Shown: positions 28,596 to 38,357, counted from the stretch's first letter. The stretch is 41,239 bases of DNA from an uncultured Alphaproteobacteria bacterium (GCA_903842425.1 CAIMLY010000120.1:1-41239); one strand, 5' to 3'. Notes: generated from the sequence alone by a model not told the origin. Program-made: numbers and translations.

Positions 28596-29701
28596 CGGAT
28601 CGCCCGGCCGCCTTCAGACGGGACTGGCTGCGGCTGGCGCGAACCCAGAGCGTCGGCGCGGTCACCTTCCGGGAGCTGATCCGGCGGTTCGGCGATCCTT
28701 CCCTGGCCCTCGAGGCCCTGCCGGACCTCGCCCGCAGGGCCGGTCGCATGAGTTCCCTCTCGCCGCTGTCACCCGCCCTTGCAGAGGCGGAAATCGCCCA
28801 GGGCGAGGCCCTTGGCGCCCGGCTGCTCCTGTCGTGCGACCCCGGCTTCCCGCCCCTTCTCGCCGCCCTCGACCCGCCCCCGCCCCTGATCTGGGTGCGG
28901 GGCGATTCCCGCCCGCTGGAGCGGACGTGCGTCGCCGTGGTCGGGGCCCGGGCGGCCTCCGCCCTGGGCCTGAGGTTCGCCGGGACCCTGGCCGCCGACC
29001 TCGGCGCGGCCGGCATGACCGTGGTGTCGGGCCTGGCCCGGGGCGTGGACGGCGCCGCCCACCAGGGCGCCCTCGCCACAGGCACGGTGGCGGTCCTCGC
29101 CGGCGGGGTGGACGACATCTACCCGCCCCAGCACGCCGACCTTCACGCCGCCATCCTGGCGGCCGGCGGCTGCATGGTCTCCGAGAATCCGCCCGGTCGC
29201 ACGGCCTCGGCGGCGGACTTCCCCCGTCGCAATCGCATCATCGCCGGTCTCTCCCGGGCCGTCGTGGTGGTGGAGGCCGAACTCCGGTCCGGCTCGCTCA
29301 TCACCGCCCGGCTGGCTGCGGAGATGGGCCGTGACGTCCTTGCCGTGCCCGGCTCGCCCCTCGATCCCCGATCCCGGGGCGGGAACGACCTGCTCCGGCA
29401 GGGCGCTGCCGTCTGCGAGGGCGCCGAGGACGTGCTGCGGGCCCTGGCCGGCCTGTCCGGCCTTGCCGAACCCGACCTGCCCTTTGACCCCCCGCCCCCG
29501 GCCGGGCGCGATCCGGCGGACCAGTCGCCAGGGACCGCCCGGGACCGGATCCTGGACCTCCTGTCCCCCTCGCCGGCGCCCCGGGACGAGATCGTCCGCC
29601 TGTCCGGCCTCACGACGTCGGAAGTGAACGCCGCCCTGGCGGAACTGGAACTGTCGGGACAGGTGGTTTTCACCGCTGGAGGGGGCGCGGCCCTGGCCTG
29701 A
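28592..29701 (+). CDS. dprA: DNA-processing protein DprA
   Basis: AVVGAR, VSGLARGVD, FPRRNRIIAGLS, EAELRSGSLITA, VPGSPLDPR; GTGA overlap with plsY. Confidence 0.95.
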   Translation: MTDRPAAFRRDWLRLARTQSVGAVTFRELIRRFGDPSLALEALPDLARRAGRMSSLSPLSPALAEAEIAQGEALGARLLLSCDPGFPPLLAALDPPPPLIWVRGDSRPLERTCVAVVGARAASALGLRFAGTLAADLGAAGMTVVSGLARGVDGAAHQGALATGTVAVLAGGVDDIYPPQHADLHAAILAAGGCMVSENPPGRTASAADFPRRNRIIAGLSRAVVVVEAELRSGSLITARLAAEMGRDVLAVPGSPLDPRSRGGNDLLRQGAAVCEGAEDVLRALAGLSGLAEPDLPFDPPPPAGRDPADQSPGTARDRILDLLSPSPAPRDEIVRLSGLTTSEVNAALAELELSGQVVFTAGGGAALA

Positions 29702-29725
29702 CGCCGGCGGCTTCCTCGGGCCAAG

Positions 29726-29755
29726 TTGACAGCCGCCCCCTCCGCGGCCCACTTT
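29726..29755 (+). promoter_or_regulatory. Candidate sigma70 promoter of topA
   Basis: Perfect TTGACA at 29726-29731, 18-nt spacer, CACTTT at 29750-29755. Confidence 0.45.
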
Positions 29756-29794
29756 CCCGCCCCTTCACAGGGCCAGCGGGCCCCAAGGAACTGC

Positions 29795-32401
29795 ATGCAC
29801 CTCGTCATCGTCGAGAGCCCCGCCAAGGCCAAGACCATCAACAAGTACCTGGGGTCGGACTACAAGGTCCTGGCGAGCTACGGCCATGTCCGCGACCTGC
29901 CCCCGAGGGACGGCTCCGTACGCCCGGACGAGGACTTCGCCATGTCCTGGGAGGTCGACGCCAAGGCGGCGAAGCGCCTCTCGGAGATCGCCGAGGCGGC
30001 CAAGGCCTCCGACCGCATCATCCTGGCCACCGACCCGGACCGCGAGGGCGAGGCCATCTCGTGGCACGTCCTGGACGTGCTGCGCCAGAAGCGGGCGGTG
30101 AGGGACAAGCCGGTCGAGCGCGTGGTGTTCAACGCCATCACAAAATCGGCGGTGACCGAGGCGATGAAGTCACCCCGCCAGATCGACATGGAACTGGTGG
30201 AGGCCTATCTCGCCCGGCGGGCCCTCGACTACCTCGTCGGCTTCAATCTCTCTCCCGTCCTCTGGCGCAAGCTGCCGGGCGCCCGTTCGGCCGGCCGGGT
30301 CCAGTCGGTGGCCCTGCGCCTGGTGGTGGACCGCGAGATCGAGATCGAGCGCTTCCTCACCCGGGAGTACTGGACGGTGGAGGCCGACATGACCTCGGCC
30401 GGCGCCCCCTTCACGGCCCGGCTGGCGGTGCACGAGGGCCGGAAGCTGACCAAGTTCGACCTCGGCGACGCCGACGCCGCCGAGGCTGCCCGCAAGGCGG
30501 TGGCGGCCGGCGCCTTCACCATCTCGGCCGTGGAAAAGAAGCCGGCGCGGCGCTCGCCGGCGCCGCCCTTCACCACCTCGACCCTCCAGCAGGACGCGGC
30601 GCGCAAGCTGGCCTTCTCGGCCCAGCGGACCATGCAGGCGGCGCAGAAGCTCTATGAGGGCGTCGACATCGGCGGCGAGACCGTCGGCCTGATCACCTAC
30701 ATGCGGACCGACGGCGTGCAGTCGGCGCCAGAGGCCCTGCAGGAGGCCCGGGAGGTCATTTCCGGCCTGTTCGGGGGCGCCTACCTGCCCGAGGCCGCCC
30801 GCCAGTACCGCACCAAGGCGCGGAACGCCCAGGAAGCCCACGAGGCCATCCGTCCCACCAGCCTGGCCCGGAACCCCGGCTCCCTGCGGCTGGAAGGCGA
30901 CCTGGGCCGGCTCTACGAGCTGGTCTGGAAACGCATGCTGGCCTCCCAGATGGAGTCCGCCCGGATCGAGCGCACGACGGTGGACATGTCGACGCCGGAT
31001 GGCCGGACGGGCCTTCGGGCCACGGGCCAGGTCATCCTGTTCGACGGCTACCTCAAGGTCTACGAGGAAGGCCGGGACGACCCCGAGGACGAGGACGGCG
31101 GCCGCCTGCCCCAGCTGAACGAGGGCGCCGCCGCCGAGGTCCGCAAGGCCAGGGCTGACCAGCACTTCACCGAGCCGCCGCCGCGCTATTCCGAGGCCAG
31201 CCTGGTCCGGAAGATGGAGGAGCTGGGGATCGGCCGGCCCTCGACCTACGCCTCCATCCTGTCGGTCCTGCGGGACCGCAGTTACGTCCGGATGGACAAG
31301 AACCGCTTCATCCCGGAGGACAAGGGGCGCCTCGTCACGGTGTTCCTGGAGTCCTTCTTCAACCGCTATGTCGAGTACGACTTCACGGCGGCGCTGGAGG
31401 AGAAGCTCGACCAGGTCTCGGCCGGCGACCTGGACTGGAAGGCCCTGCTGCGCGAGTTCTGGGGCGACTTCCAGGGCGCGACCCAGGACGTCCTGAAGCA
31501 GCCCACGCGCGACGTGATCGAGGCCCTGAACACCACCCTGGGGCCCTTCCTGTTCCCCGGCGAGGGTGGCCGGACCTGTCCGAAGTGCGGGACCGGAGAG
31601 CTTTCCCTCAAGCCCAGCCGTTTCGAGCCCTTCATCGGCTGCTCGAATTATCCGGAGTGCCGGTACACGCGGAAGTTCGGCCCCCCCAGCGAGGAGGGCG
31701 ACACCCCGGCGGGCGACCGTGAGCTGGGGACCGACCCGGAAACCGGCCTGACCGTCTTCCTGAAATCCGGACGCTTCGGGCCGTTCGTCCAGCTGGGCGA
31801 GGAAGAGAAGCCAAAGCGCGCCTCCCTGCCCAAGGGCTGGTCGCCCGAGGCCATGGACCTGGAGAAGGGCCTGAGGCTGCTGCGCCTGCCTCGGGAGGTC
31901 GGGCTTCACCCGGAGGACGGCGGAGTCATCCTGGCCGGGATCGGCCGCTACGGCCCCTTCGTCCAGCACGCCGGCGTCTACGCAAACCTGCCCGGAGTGG
32001 ACGAGGTGTTCGAGGTCGGGGTGAACCGGGCCGTGACACTTCTGGCGGAGAAGAAGGCCGGGGGCCGCGCCGGCCGCGGCGAGGCGGCGGCCCTGCGGGA
32101 GCTCGGCGCCCATCCGGCGGATGGCGCGCCCGTAAAGATCCTGGCCGGACGCTTCGGCCCCTATGTGAAGCACGGACAGGTCAACGCCAACATCCCGCGG
32201 GGTTCCGACCCGGCGGAGCTGACCCTGGAGGCGGCCGTCGAGCTGCTGGCCGCCCGCGCAGCCAAGGCGCCTGCGGCCAAGGGACGGGCCCGCAAGGCCC
32301 CGGCCGCCAAGGCGACCGCGCCGAAGACGCCCGTGGCCAAGAAGCCCGCTACCAGGAAGCCTGCTGCACGAAAGGCGGCAAAGCCGGGGGCGAAGTCCTG
32401 A
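29795..32401 (+). CDS. topA: DNA topoisomerase I
   Basis: VIVESPAKAKTI, ATDPDREGEAI, SAGRVQS, GLITYMRTD, GIGRPSTY; one C4 zinc ribbon, three GR(F/Y)GP repeats, Lys/Ala-rich tail. Confidence 0.97.
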   Translation: MHLVIVESPAKAKTINKYLGSDYKVLASYGHVRDLPPRDGSVRPDEDFAMSWEVDAKAAKRLSEIAEAAKASDRIILATDPDREGEAISWHVLDVLRQKRAVRDKPVERVVFNAITKSAVTEAMKSPRQIDMELVEAYLARRALDYLVGFNLSPVLWRKLPGARSAGRVQSVALRLVVDREIEIERFLTREYWTVEADMTSAGAPFTARLAVHEGRKLTKFDLGDADAAEAARKAVAAGAFTISAVEKKPARRSPAPPFTTSTLQQDAARKLAFSAQRTMQAAQKLYEGVDIGGETVGLITYMRTDGVQSAPEALQEAREVISGLFGGAYLPEAARQYRTKARNAQEAHEAIRPTSLARNPGSLRLEGDLGRLYELVWKRMLASQMESARIERTTVDMSTPDGRTGLRATGQVILFDGYLKVYEEGRDDPEDEDGGRLPQLNEGAAAEVRKARADQHFTEPPPRYSEASLVRKMEELGIGRPSTYASILSVLRDRSYVRMDKNRFIPEDKGRLVTVFLESFFNRYVEYDFTAALEEKLDQVSAGDLDWKALLREFWGDFQGATQDVLKQPTRDVIEALNTTLGPFLFPGEGGRTCPKCGTGELSLKPSRFEPFIGCSNYPECRYTRKFGPPSEEGDTPAGDRELGTDPETGLTVFLKSGRFGPFVQLGEEEKPKRASLPKGWSPEAMDLEKGLRLLRLPREVGLHPEDGGVILAGIGRYGPFVQHAGVYANLPGVDEVFEVGVNRAVTLLAEKKAGGRAGRGEAAALRELGAHPADGAPVKILAGRFGPYVKHGQVNANIPRGSDPAELTLEAAVELLAARAAKAPAAKGRARKAPAAKATAPKTPVAKKPATRKPAARKAAKPGAKS

Positions 32402-32421
32402 GAATGGGTCTAGTCTAGGCC

Positions 32422-34740
32422 ATGGCCAGACCCCGCCCTCCCCGCCGCCGTCCGGAAGACACCCGAACCGGAGCCGCCCGCCATGGCCGGCGGCCACCCC
32501 AGGGCCTGCCGGATCGCGAAACCCTGCTGGCCTTCATCCGCGAGACCGGGGAAGCCGAGAAGTCTGACATCGCCCGGGCGTTCGGCCTGAAGGGGGCGGA
32601 CCGCATCGCCCTGCGCGACATGCTGCGTGAGCTCCAGGACAGCGGCGCCCTCGGGCGCAGGGGGCGCAAGGGCGTGGCGATCTCCGGGGAACTGCCCCCC
32701 GTGGGCGTGGCCGAAGTGGTCGAGCGCGATCCGGACGGCGAACTGCTGGTGCGCCTCATCAAGGGCGAGGATGCGCCTCTCGTGCGCCTGGCGCCCGACC
32801 GCAACGAGGCGGCGGCGGGTGCGCCCGGCCTGGGCGACCGCCTGCTGGTGCGGTTCGAGACCACCGAGGCGGGCGAGACCGAGGCCCGTATGATCAAGCG
32901 GCTTGGCGCAGCCGTGCACAAGGTGCTGGGCGTAGTCCGCAAGTCGGCGCGCCAGGTCCGGGTCGAGCCCGTGGACCGGCGCTCGCGGGACCAGGTCCTG
33001 ATTGAGGGCCCGGCTCCGGCCGACCTGCGCGACGGGGACCTGGTGGTGGCCCGGCTGACCCCCGGGGGCCGGCGTTTCGGCCTGCACCGCGGCGAAATCC
33101 TGGAACGCGTCGGGCGGGAGGACGATCCCCGGGCCGCCTCGCTGATCGCCATCCACGCCCATGGCATCCCGACGGGCTTTCCCGAGGCTGCGGAAGCGGA
33201 GGCGGAGGCGGCGCGCGAGCCGGACCTGGACGGCCGCGAGGACCTGCGCGCCCTGCCCCTCATCACCATCGACCCTCCGGACGCCCGGGACCATGACGAC
33301 GCGGTCTATGCCGAACCGGACGGGGACGCCGGCAATCCCGGCGGCTGGGTGGTCTGGGTCGCCATCGCCGACGTGGCCGCCTACGTCCGGCCGGGTTCCG
33401 CCCTGGACCGCACCGCCCGGGAGAAGGGCAACAGCGTCTACTTCCCGGACCGGGTGGAACCCATGCTGCCGGAACGGCTCTCCGCCGGCCTCTGCAGTCT
33501 CCGGGCCGGCGAGAACCGGGCCTGCCTGGCGGTTCGGATGGTCTTTGACGCCAGCGGGCGCAAGACCGGCCACCGCTTCGTCCGCGGCCTGATGCGCTCG
33601 GCCGCCAAGCTGTCCTACGAGCAGGCCCAGGCCGCCATCGAGGGTCAGTCCGACGACACCACCGGACCGCTGCTGGAACCGGTCCTGAAGCCGCTCTACG
33701 CCGCCTACGCGGTCATGCTGGCGGCGCGGCGGCGCCGGTCGCCCCTGGCCATCGAGAGCCCCGAGCGGCGAATCCTGATGGATCCGGAGGGCCACATCAC
33801 GGCCATCCGGGCCCGGGCGGTGCTGCCCGCCCACCAGCTCATCGAAGAGATGATGATCCAGGCCAATGTCTGCGCCGCCCAGACCCTTGAGGCCCGCCGG
33901 ACCCCGCTGATCTACCGGGTCCACGACACGCCGAGCCAGGAGAAGGTCCACGCCCTGGCCGACTTCCTGGCGACCCTGGGCCTGCCCTGGTCCAAGGGCG
34001 AGGCGCCCCGGACCGACCGCTTCAACCGCCTGCTGGAAGAGACCCGCGAAAGCCCGAGCGCGGCGATCATCAACGAGGTGGTCCTGCGAAGCCAGATGCA
34101 GGCGATCTACGACACGGACAACATCGGCCACTTCGGGCTGAACCTGGACCGCTACGCCCACTTCACCTCGCCGATCCGGCGGTATGCGGACCTTGTCGTC
34201 CACCGCGGACTGATCCGCGCCCTCAGCCTGGGCGACGACGGCCTGACCGACAGGGACGTGGCCCAACTCAAGGGCACGGCCGAGATGATCACAGCCGCCG
34301 AGCGCCGCGCCATGGCGGCGGAGCGTGACGCCACCGACCGCTACATCGCGTCCTTCCTGGCGGACAGGGTCGGGGCGACCTTTACGGGTCGGATCAGCGG
34401 CGTCACCCGTTTCGGCCTGTTCATCCGGCTGGACGAGACCGGGGCGGATGGCCTGGTCCCGATCTCGCGCCTGGGCGGCGAGTTCTTCATCCACGACGAG
34501 ACCGCCCACGCCCTGGTGGGCGAGAGGTCCGGCGCTCACTGGCCCCTGGGCCTGAGGGTGGAGGTCCGGCTGGTCGAGGCGACGCCCGTCACCGGCGGCC
34601 TCCTGTTCGACATGCTCAGCGACCCCGTGACGGGGACCCCGCCCCCGCCCCGCGGACGCGGGCCGCGGCGTCTCGGAGCCAGCGACGCCCGCCGGCGGGG
34701 CGGACCGCCTCCCGGAGTGCGGAAAGGAAAGCGCCGGTGA
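32422..34740 (+). CDS. rnr: Ribonuclease R
   Basis: ITIDPPDARDHDDA, LIEEMMIQAN, HFTSPIRRYADLVVHR, C-terminal S1 domain, basic tail. Confidence 0.96.
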   Translation: MARPRPPRRRPEDTRTGAARHGRRPPQGLPDRETLLAFIRETGEAEKSDIARAFGLKGADRIALRDMLRELQDSGALGRRGRKGVAISGELPPVGVAEVVERDPDGELLVRLIKGEDAPLVRLAPDRNEAAAGAPGLGDRLLVRFETTEAGETEARMIKRLGAAVHKVLGVVRKSARQVRVEPVDRRSRDQVLIEGPAPADLRDGDLVVARLTPGGRRFGLHRGEILERVGREDDPRAASLIAIHAHGIPTGFPEAAEAEAEAAREPDLDGREDLRALPLITIDPPDARDHDDAVYAEPDGDAGNPGGWVVWVAIADVAAYVRPGSALDRTAREKGNSVYFPDRVEPMLPERLSAGLCSLRAGENRACLAVRMVFDASGRKTGHRFVRGLMRSAAKLSYEQAQAAIEGQSDDTTGPLLEPVLKPLYAAYAVMLAARRRRSPLAIESPERRILMDPEGHITAIRARAVLPAHQLIEEMMIQANVCAAQTLEARRTPLIYRVHDTPSQEKVHALADFLATLGLPWSKGEAPRTDRFNRLLEETRESPSAAIINEVVLRSQMQAIYDTDNIGHFGLNLDRYAHFTSPIRRYADLVVHRGLIRALSLGDDGLTDRDVAQLKGTAEMITAAERRAMAAERDATDRYIASFLADRVGATFTGRISGVTRFGLFIRLDETGADGLVPISRLGGEFFIHDETAHALVGERSGAHWPLGLRVEVRLVEATPVTGGLLFDMLSDPVTGTPPPPRGRGPRRLGASDARRRGGPPPGVRKGKRR

Positions 34741-34805
34741 TCCCGACCGGTCAGGTTCCGCAAGGTCGCGCTTGCAGAGGGGCCTGCAGGGCCTAAACTC
34801 CGCTC

Positions 34806-35519
34806 ATGAGCGATACACTCCAGCCGAACCGCGCCCTTGAGCGCACGCCGATGCGCCCCGAGGGCTCCAAGGCCGTCCGCCCGCGCAACGCCGCCACCCT
34901 GTTCATCATCCGCCGAGATGGCGCCCGGCCGAGGGTCCTGATGGGCAAGCGGCACGGCGGCCACAACTTCATGCCAAACCTCTGGGTCTTCCCGGGCGGC
35001 CGGATCGACCGGGCGGACTTCCGCGCGCCCGCGGCGACGGACCTGCGTCCCGAGGTCGCGGGCAAGTTTGAGGCCTACATGCCCCTGTCCAAGGGCCGGG
35101 CCCTCGGCAAGGCGGCCATCCGCGAGACCTGGGAAGAGGCCGGCCTGCTGCTGGGTCGCCCCGCAGAGCCGCGCCCGATCGCCGGCCCCTGGCGTGAGTT
35201 CCTGGAGCAGGGGGTCCAGCCGGACCTAGAGGCCCTGTCGATCATCTACCGGGCGGTGACCCCGCCCAATGTCGGCAAGCGCTTCGACACCTGGTTCCTG
35301 ATGGCCGACGCCGAGCGCCTGGTCAGCCTGGAGCGACAGCCGGACTGCGGGGAACTTGAGGAGATCGCCTGGTTCGAGTTGGAGGAGGCCCTCGAGCTTC
35401 CCCTGCCCACAGTGACCCGGGCCGTGATCCAGGAAACCCGGGAGCGCCTGGACAACCCGAACCGCCCGATCCCCTACATGCGCTTCCGGATGGGCCCCGC
35501 CCGGCCGAGGGAGCTCTAG
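34806..35519 (+). CDS. NUDIX hydrolase
   Basis: RPRNAATL, VFPGGRID, AAIRETWEEAG, RFDTWF. Confidence 0.88.
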   Translation: MSDTLQPNRALERTPMRPEGSKAVRPRNAATLFIIRRDGARPRVLMGKRHGGHNFMPNLWVFPGGRIDRADFRAPAATDLRPEVAGKFEAYMPLSKGRALGKAAIRETWEEAGLLLGRPAEPRPIAGPWREFLEQGVQPDLEALSIIYRAVTPPNVGKRFDTWFLMADAERLVSLERQPDCGELEEIAWFELEEALELPLPTVTRAVIQETRERLDNPNRPIPYMRFRMGPARPREL

Positions 35520-35524
35520 GCGCA

Positions 35525-35552
35525 TTGACTTTGCGCCGGGGATTCGTATTTT
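35525..35552 (+). promoter_or_regulatory. Candidate sigma70 promoter of rpmG
   Basis: TTGACT-N16-TATTTT with a GANTC site (35541-35545) in the spacer. Confidence 0.5.
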
Positions 35553-35604
35553 CCCGCGCTCTTCAAGAACCCTGCCGGGATGACCGGCCCCGCGAGGACC
35601 GACC

Positions 35605-35772
35605 ATGGCGAAGCCCGCCTCCATCAAGATCAAGCTGAACTCTACGGCCGACACCGGGTTCTACTACGTGACCAAGAAGAACGCCCGGACCATGACCGAG
35701 AAGCTGGTCCTCAAGAAGTACGACCCCGTCGCGCGCAAGCACGTGGAATTCCGCGAAGGCAAGATCAAGTAG
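35605..35772 (+). CDS. rpmG: 50S ribosomal protein L33
   Basis: Read manually (55 aa, below ORF-track cutoff): [55 protein letters not shown]; GAGGA RBS. Confidence 0.97.
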   Translation: MAKPASIKIKLNSTADTGFYYVTKKNARTMTEKLVLKKYDPVARKHVEFREGKIK

Positions 35773-35798
35773 GTCCGCAGGTCCTGTCGAGACTGAAG

Positions 35799-35824
35799 AC
35801 GCCCGGCGAGAGCCGGGCGTTTTT
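35799..35824 (+). terminator. Rho-independent terminator after rpmG
   Basis: ACGCCCGGC-GAGA-GCCGGGCGT hairpin followed by a T tract. Confidence 0.85.
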
Positions 35825-35847
35825 CGTTCCGGGCGAGCCGTCCCGGC

Positions 35848-37212
35848 TCAGGTGCGAAGGGGACGGATGACCACCTGGTTGCGACCGGCGGCCTTGGCCT
35901 CGTACAGCGCCTCGTCGGCCCGCCGAAGCAGGGACTCAGGACGGTCCTCGACGCCGTCGCTGGCGGACACGCCCAGGGACACGGTGACCGGGATCTCCCG
36001 GTCACCCACCTGGAAGGGCTCGCCGGAGATGGCGCTGCGGATGCGCTCTGCGATCCGGGCGGCGTCGGTCAGGCGCGTCGCGGGCATGACCACCACGAAC
36101 TCTTCCCCGCCATACCTGCACGGGATGTCCACGGCCCGGACGCTGGAGGCGAGGCGCACCGCCACCTCTCGCAGGACCTCGTCCCCCAGGGTGTGACCCC
36201 AGGTGTCGTTGACCCGCTTGAAGTGGTCGATGTCCAGCATCAGCAGGGAGACCGGATCGCCGCCCGCGGAACTCCGCTCGAGCAGGGCGTCCAGCTGGCC
36301 CATCATGTAGCGCCGGTTGTTCAGGCCGGTGAGCTGGTCCGTGACGGCCAGTTCCATGGACTGGGCGACCGTGTCGCGCAGGTAGTCGGCGTAGCGCTTC
36401 CGGCGGATGAGAGCCCGCGCGCGGACCCTCAGCTCCAGGGGATCGACGGGCCAACCGATGAGGTCGTTCACACCCAGGTCCAGGGCCTTCAGCACGCGGT
36501 CCCGGAGGTCGAAGTCAACCGCGGCGAGGATGGGCGCCTGCCGCGAGTGATCGCCGGAGCGAAGGCGCGCGACCAGGCGGAGGGGATCGAAGCTCCGGCT
36601 CAGAAGGTTGACGACGACAAGGTCGATCGGCCCCCGGGCCGACATGAGCGCCTTTTCGGGATCGGTCTCCACGACGGGGCGGTGCTCGGCGGCGAGGTCG
36701 GCCGCCAGGGCCTGGGCCTGGGCCGGATCATCGTCGACGACCAGGACACGCCCGCCAGAAGCACCAAGGCGGGCGCCGGGCATGGGGGCCATTCCCATCC
36801 TGCGACTGGTGTCTTCCCGCTCGCGGAGCTCGTCGATCATCACCTTCAGGCGCGCCAGGCTGCGCAGCCGGGCGAACAGGATGACGTCGTCGATGGGCTT
36901 GGACAGGAACTCGTCGGCCCCCGCCTCCAGCCCCTCGAGCCGCGACTCGCGGCTGTCCAGGGCGGTGAGCAGCACCACGGGAATGTGCCGCAGGACCGCA
37001 TCGGCCTTCAGGGCGCGACAGACCTGCAGGCCGTCCATTCCCGGCATGAGGACGTCGAGGAGGATGATGTCGGGAAGCTCCCGGGCCGCGATTTCCAGCG
37101 CCGTGGCGCCGTCGGCTGCGGTCGAGACCTGATAGTACTCGGCGTTCAGCTTGGCCTCGAGGATCCGGCGGCTGCCTTCGATATCATCGACGAGCAGGAT
37201 TCGGGCGGTCAT
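35848..37212 (-). CDS. pleD: Diguanylate cyclase response regulator PleD
   Basis: REC (ILLDVLMP), pseudo-REC, GGDEF domain with RAVD I-site and GGEEF; lies directly downstream of divK. Confidence 0.94.
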   Translation of the reverse strand: MTARILLVDDIEGSRRILEAKLNAEYYQVSTAADGATALEIAARELPDIILLDVLMPGMDGLQVCRALKADAVLRHIPVVLLTALDSRESRLEGLEAGADEFLSKPIDDVILFARLRSLARLKVMIDELREREDTSRRMGMAPMPGARLGASGGRVLVVDDDPAQAQALAADLAAEHRPVVETDPEKALMSARGPIDLVVVNLLSRSFDPLRLVARLRSGDHSRQAPILAAVDFDLRDRVLKALDLGVNDLIGWPVDPLELRVRARALIRRKRYADYLRDTVAQSMELAVTDQLTGLNNRRYMMGQLDALLERSSAGGDPVSLLMLDIDHFKRVNDTWGHTLGDEVLREVAVRLASSVRAVDIPCRYGGEEFVVVMPATRLTDAARIAERIRSAISGEPFQVGDREIPVTVSLGVSASDGVEDRPESLLRRADEALYEAKAAGRNQVVIRPLRT

Positions 37213-37215
37213 GGC

Positions 37216-37581
37216 CTAGTCCAGAAGCCTCCGGATGGTGTTCAGGAAGCCGGAGACCGAGATGGGCTTGGAAATGTAGGCCTCGCAGCCGCCCTGCCGG
37301 ATGCGTTCCTCGTCGCCCTTCATCGCAAAGGCGGTCACCGCCACAACGGGGATGGAGGCCAGCTCATCGTCCTCCTTCAGCCACTTTGTGACTTCAAGGC
37401 CGGAGATCTCGGGCAGCTGGATATCCATCAGGATCAGGTCGGGACGCTGTTCCCGGGCCAGGGAGAGAGCTTCCAGGCCCTCGCGGGTCTGGAGGGTCTC
37501 ATAGCCCTCGGCGTCGAGCAGATCATGAAAAAGCTTCATGTTCAGCTCGTTATCCTCGACGATGAGGACCTTCTTGGCCAT
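37216..37581 (-). CDS. divK: Single-domain response regulator DivK
   Basis: [22 protein letters not shown]...[19 protein letters not shown]...[14 protein letters not shown]. Confidence 0.96.
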   Translation of the reverse strand: MAKKVLIVEDNELNMKLFHDLLDAEGYETLQTREGLEALSLAREQRPDLILMDIQLPEISGLEVTKWLKEDDELASIPVVAVTAFAMKGDEERIRQGGCEAYISKPISVSGFLNTIRRLLD

Positions 37582-37656
37582 CAGTCCACCGACCTGCAAA
37601 TCGCCCCCCGGATACGCCCGGATGTACTTCCGGTTCCTGCTATCCCACGGATATCC

Positions 37657-37672
37657 TTAAGCACGCGTTAGC
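37657..37672. promoter_or_regulatory. Near-consensus CtrA box upstream of divK
   Basis: TTAA-gcacgcg-TTAGC between divK and the divergent HAD gene. Confidence 0.7.
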
Positions 37673-37685
37673 CGAGCACCGGTTC

Positions 37686-38357
37686 ATGACCTTTACTTCG
37701 CCAGACCATCCGCCGCCGGACCTCAAGGCCCTGGGCGTCCGCGGCGACAGGCCCCTGATCATTGTCGACGTCGACGAGGTGCTGGGTCTCTTCATGGAGG
37801 GCTTCGCCCGGTATCTTTCCGGCCATGGGTTCGAGATGCGGTTCGACCGCTTCGCCCTGTTCCAGAACATCTATCGCCCCGGCGAGGACAGGCACATCGA
37901 CATCGAGACCGGGCAGGCGCACTTCCAGGCCTATTTCCGGGACGCCGTCGAAGACATGCCTGTGGCCGATGGCGGGCCGGAGGCCCTGGCCAAGCTGGCG
38001 CGACAGGCCGACATCGTGGTCCTCACCAACGCCCCGGGACAGGCGCTGGAGGGCCGCGCCCGGTGGCTGAAGAAGCACGGGATGGACTATCCCCTGCTGG
38101 TCAACAGCGGGCTCAAGGGTCCGGTGGCGGCCGCCCTCGCGGCCCAGGCCACGGGACCTGCGGCCTTCATCGACGACATGATCCCCAACCTCGATTCCGT
38201 GGCCGAGCACGCCCCGGAGATCACCCGCTTCCAGACCGTGGCCGATACGCGCCTGAGGTCCATGGCGCCCAGCCGGCCGGACCTGCACCCTCGGATCGAC
38301 GGCTGGGACGCCCTCGGGACGGCCATCGCCCAGGCCCTGGAGGTCGCCCGCCGATGA
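37686..38357 (+). CDS. Uncharacterised HAD-superfamily-like protein
   Basis: IVDVDEVL motif I, VLTN motif II, K, FIDD motif IV. Confidence 0.75.
   Translation: MTFTSPDHPPPDLKALGVRGDRPLIIVDVDEVLGLFMEGFARYLSGHGFEMRFDRFALFQNIYRPGEDRHIDIETGQAHFQAYFRDAVEDMPVADGGPEALAKLARQADIVVLTNAPGQALEGRARWLKKHGMDYPLLVNSGLKGPVAAALAAQATGPAAFIDDMIPNLDSVAEHAPEITRFQTVADTRLRSMAPSRPDLHPRIDGWDALGTAIAQALEVARR

Noticed and set aside
36560-36720. Missing phosphoacceptor Asp in the second PleD receiver domain
   Set aside because: Known normal feature of the PleD adaptor domain.
37682-37696. GTTC-N7-TTAC as an SOS box for the dinB operon
   Set aside because: Second half-site has two mismatches, and the site overlaps the start codon.
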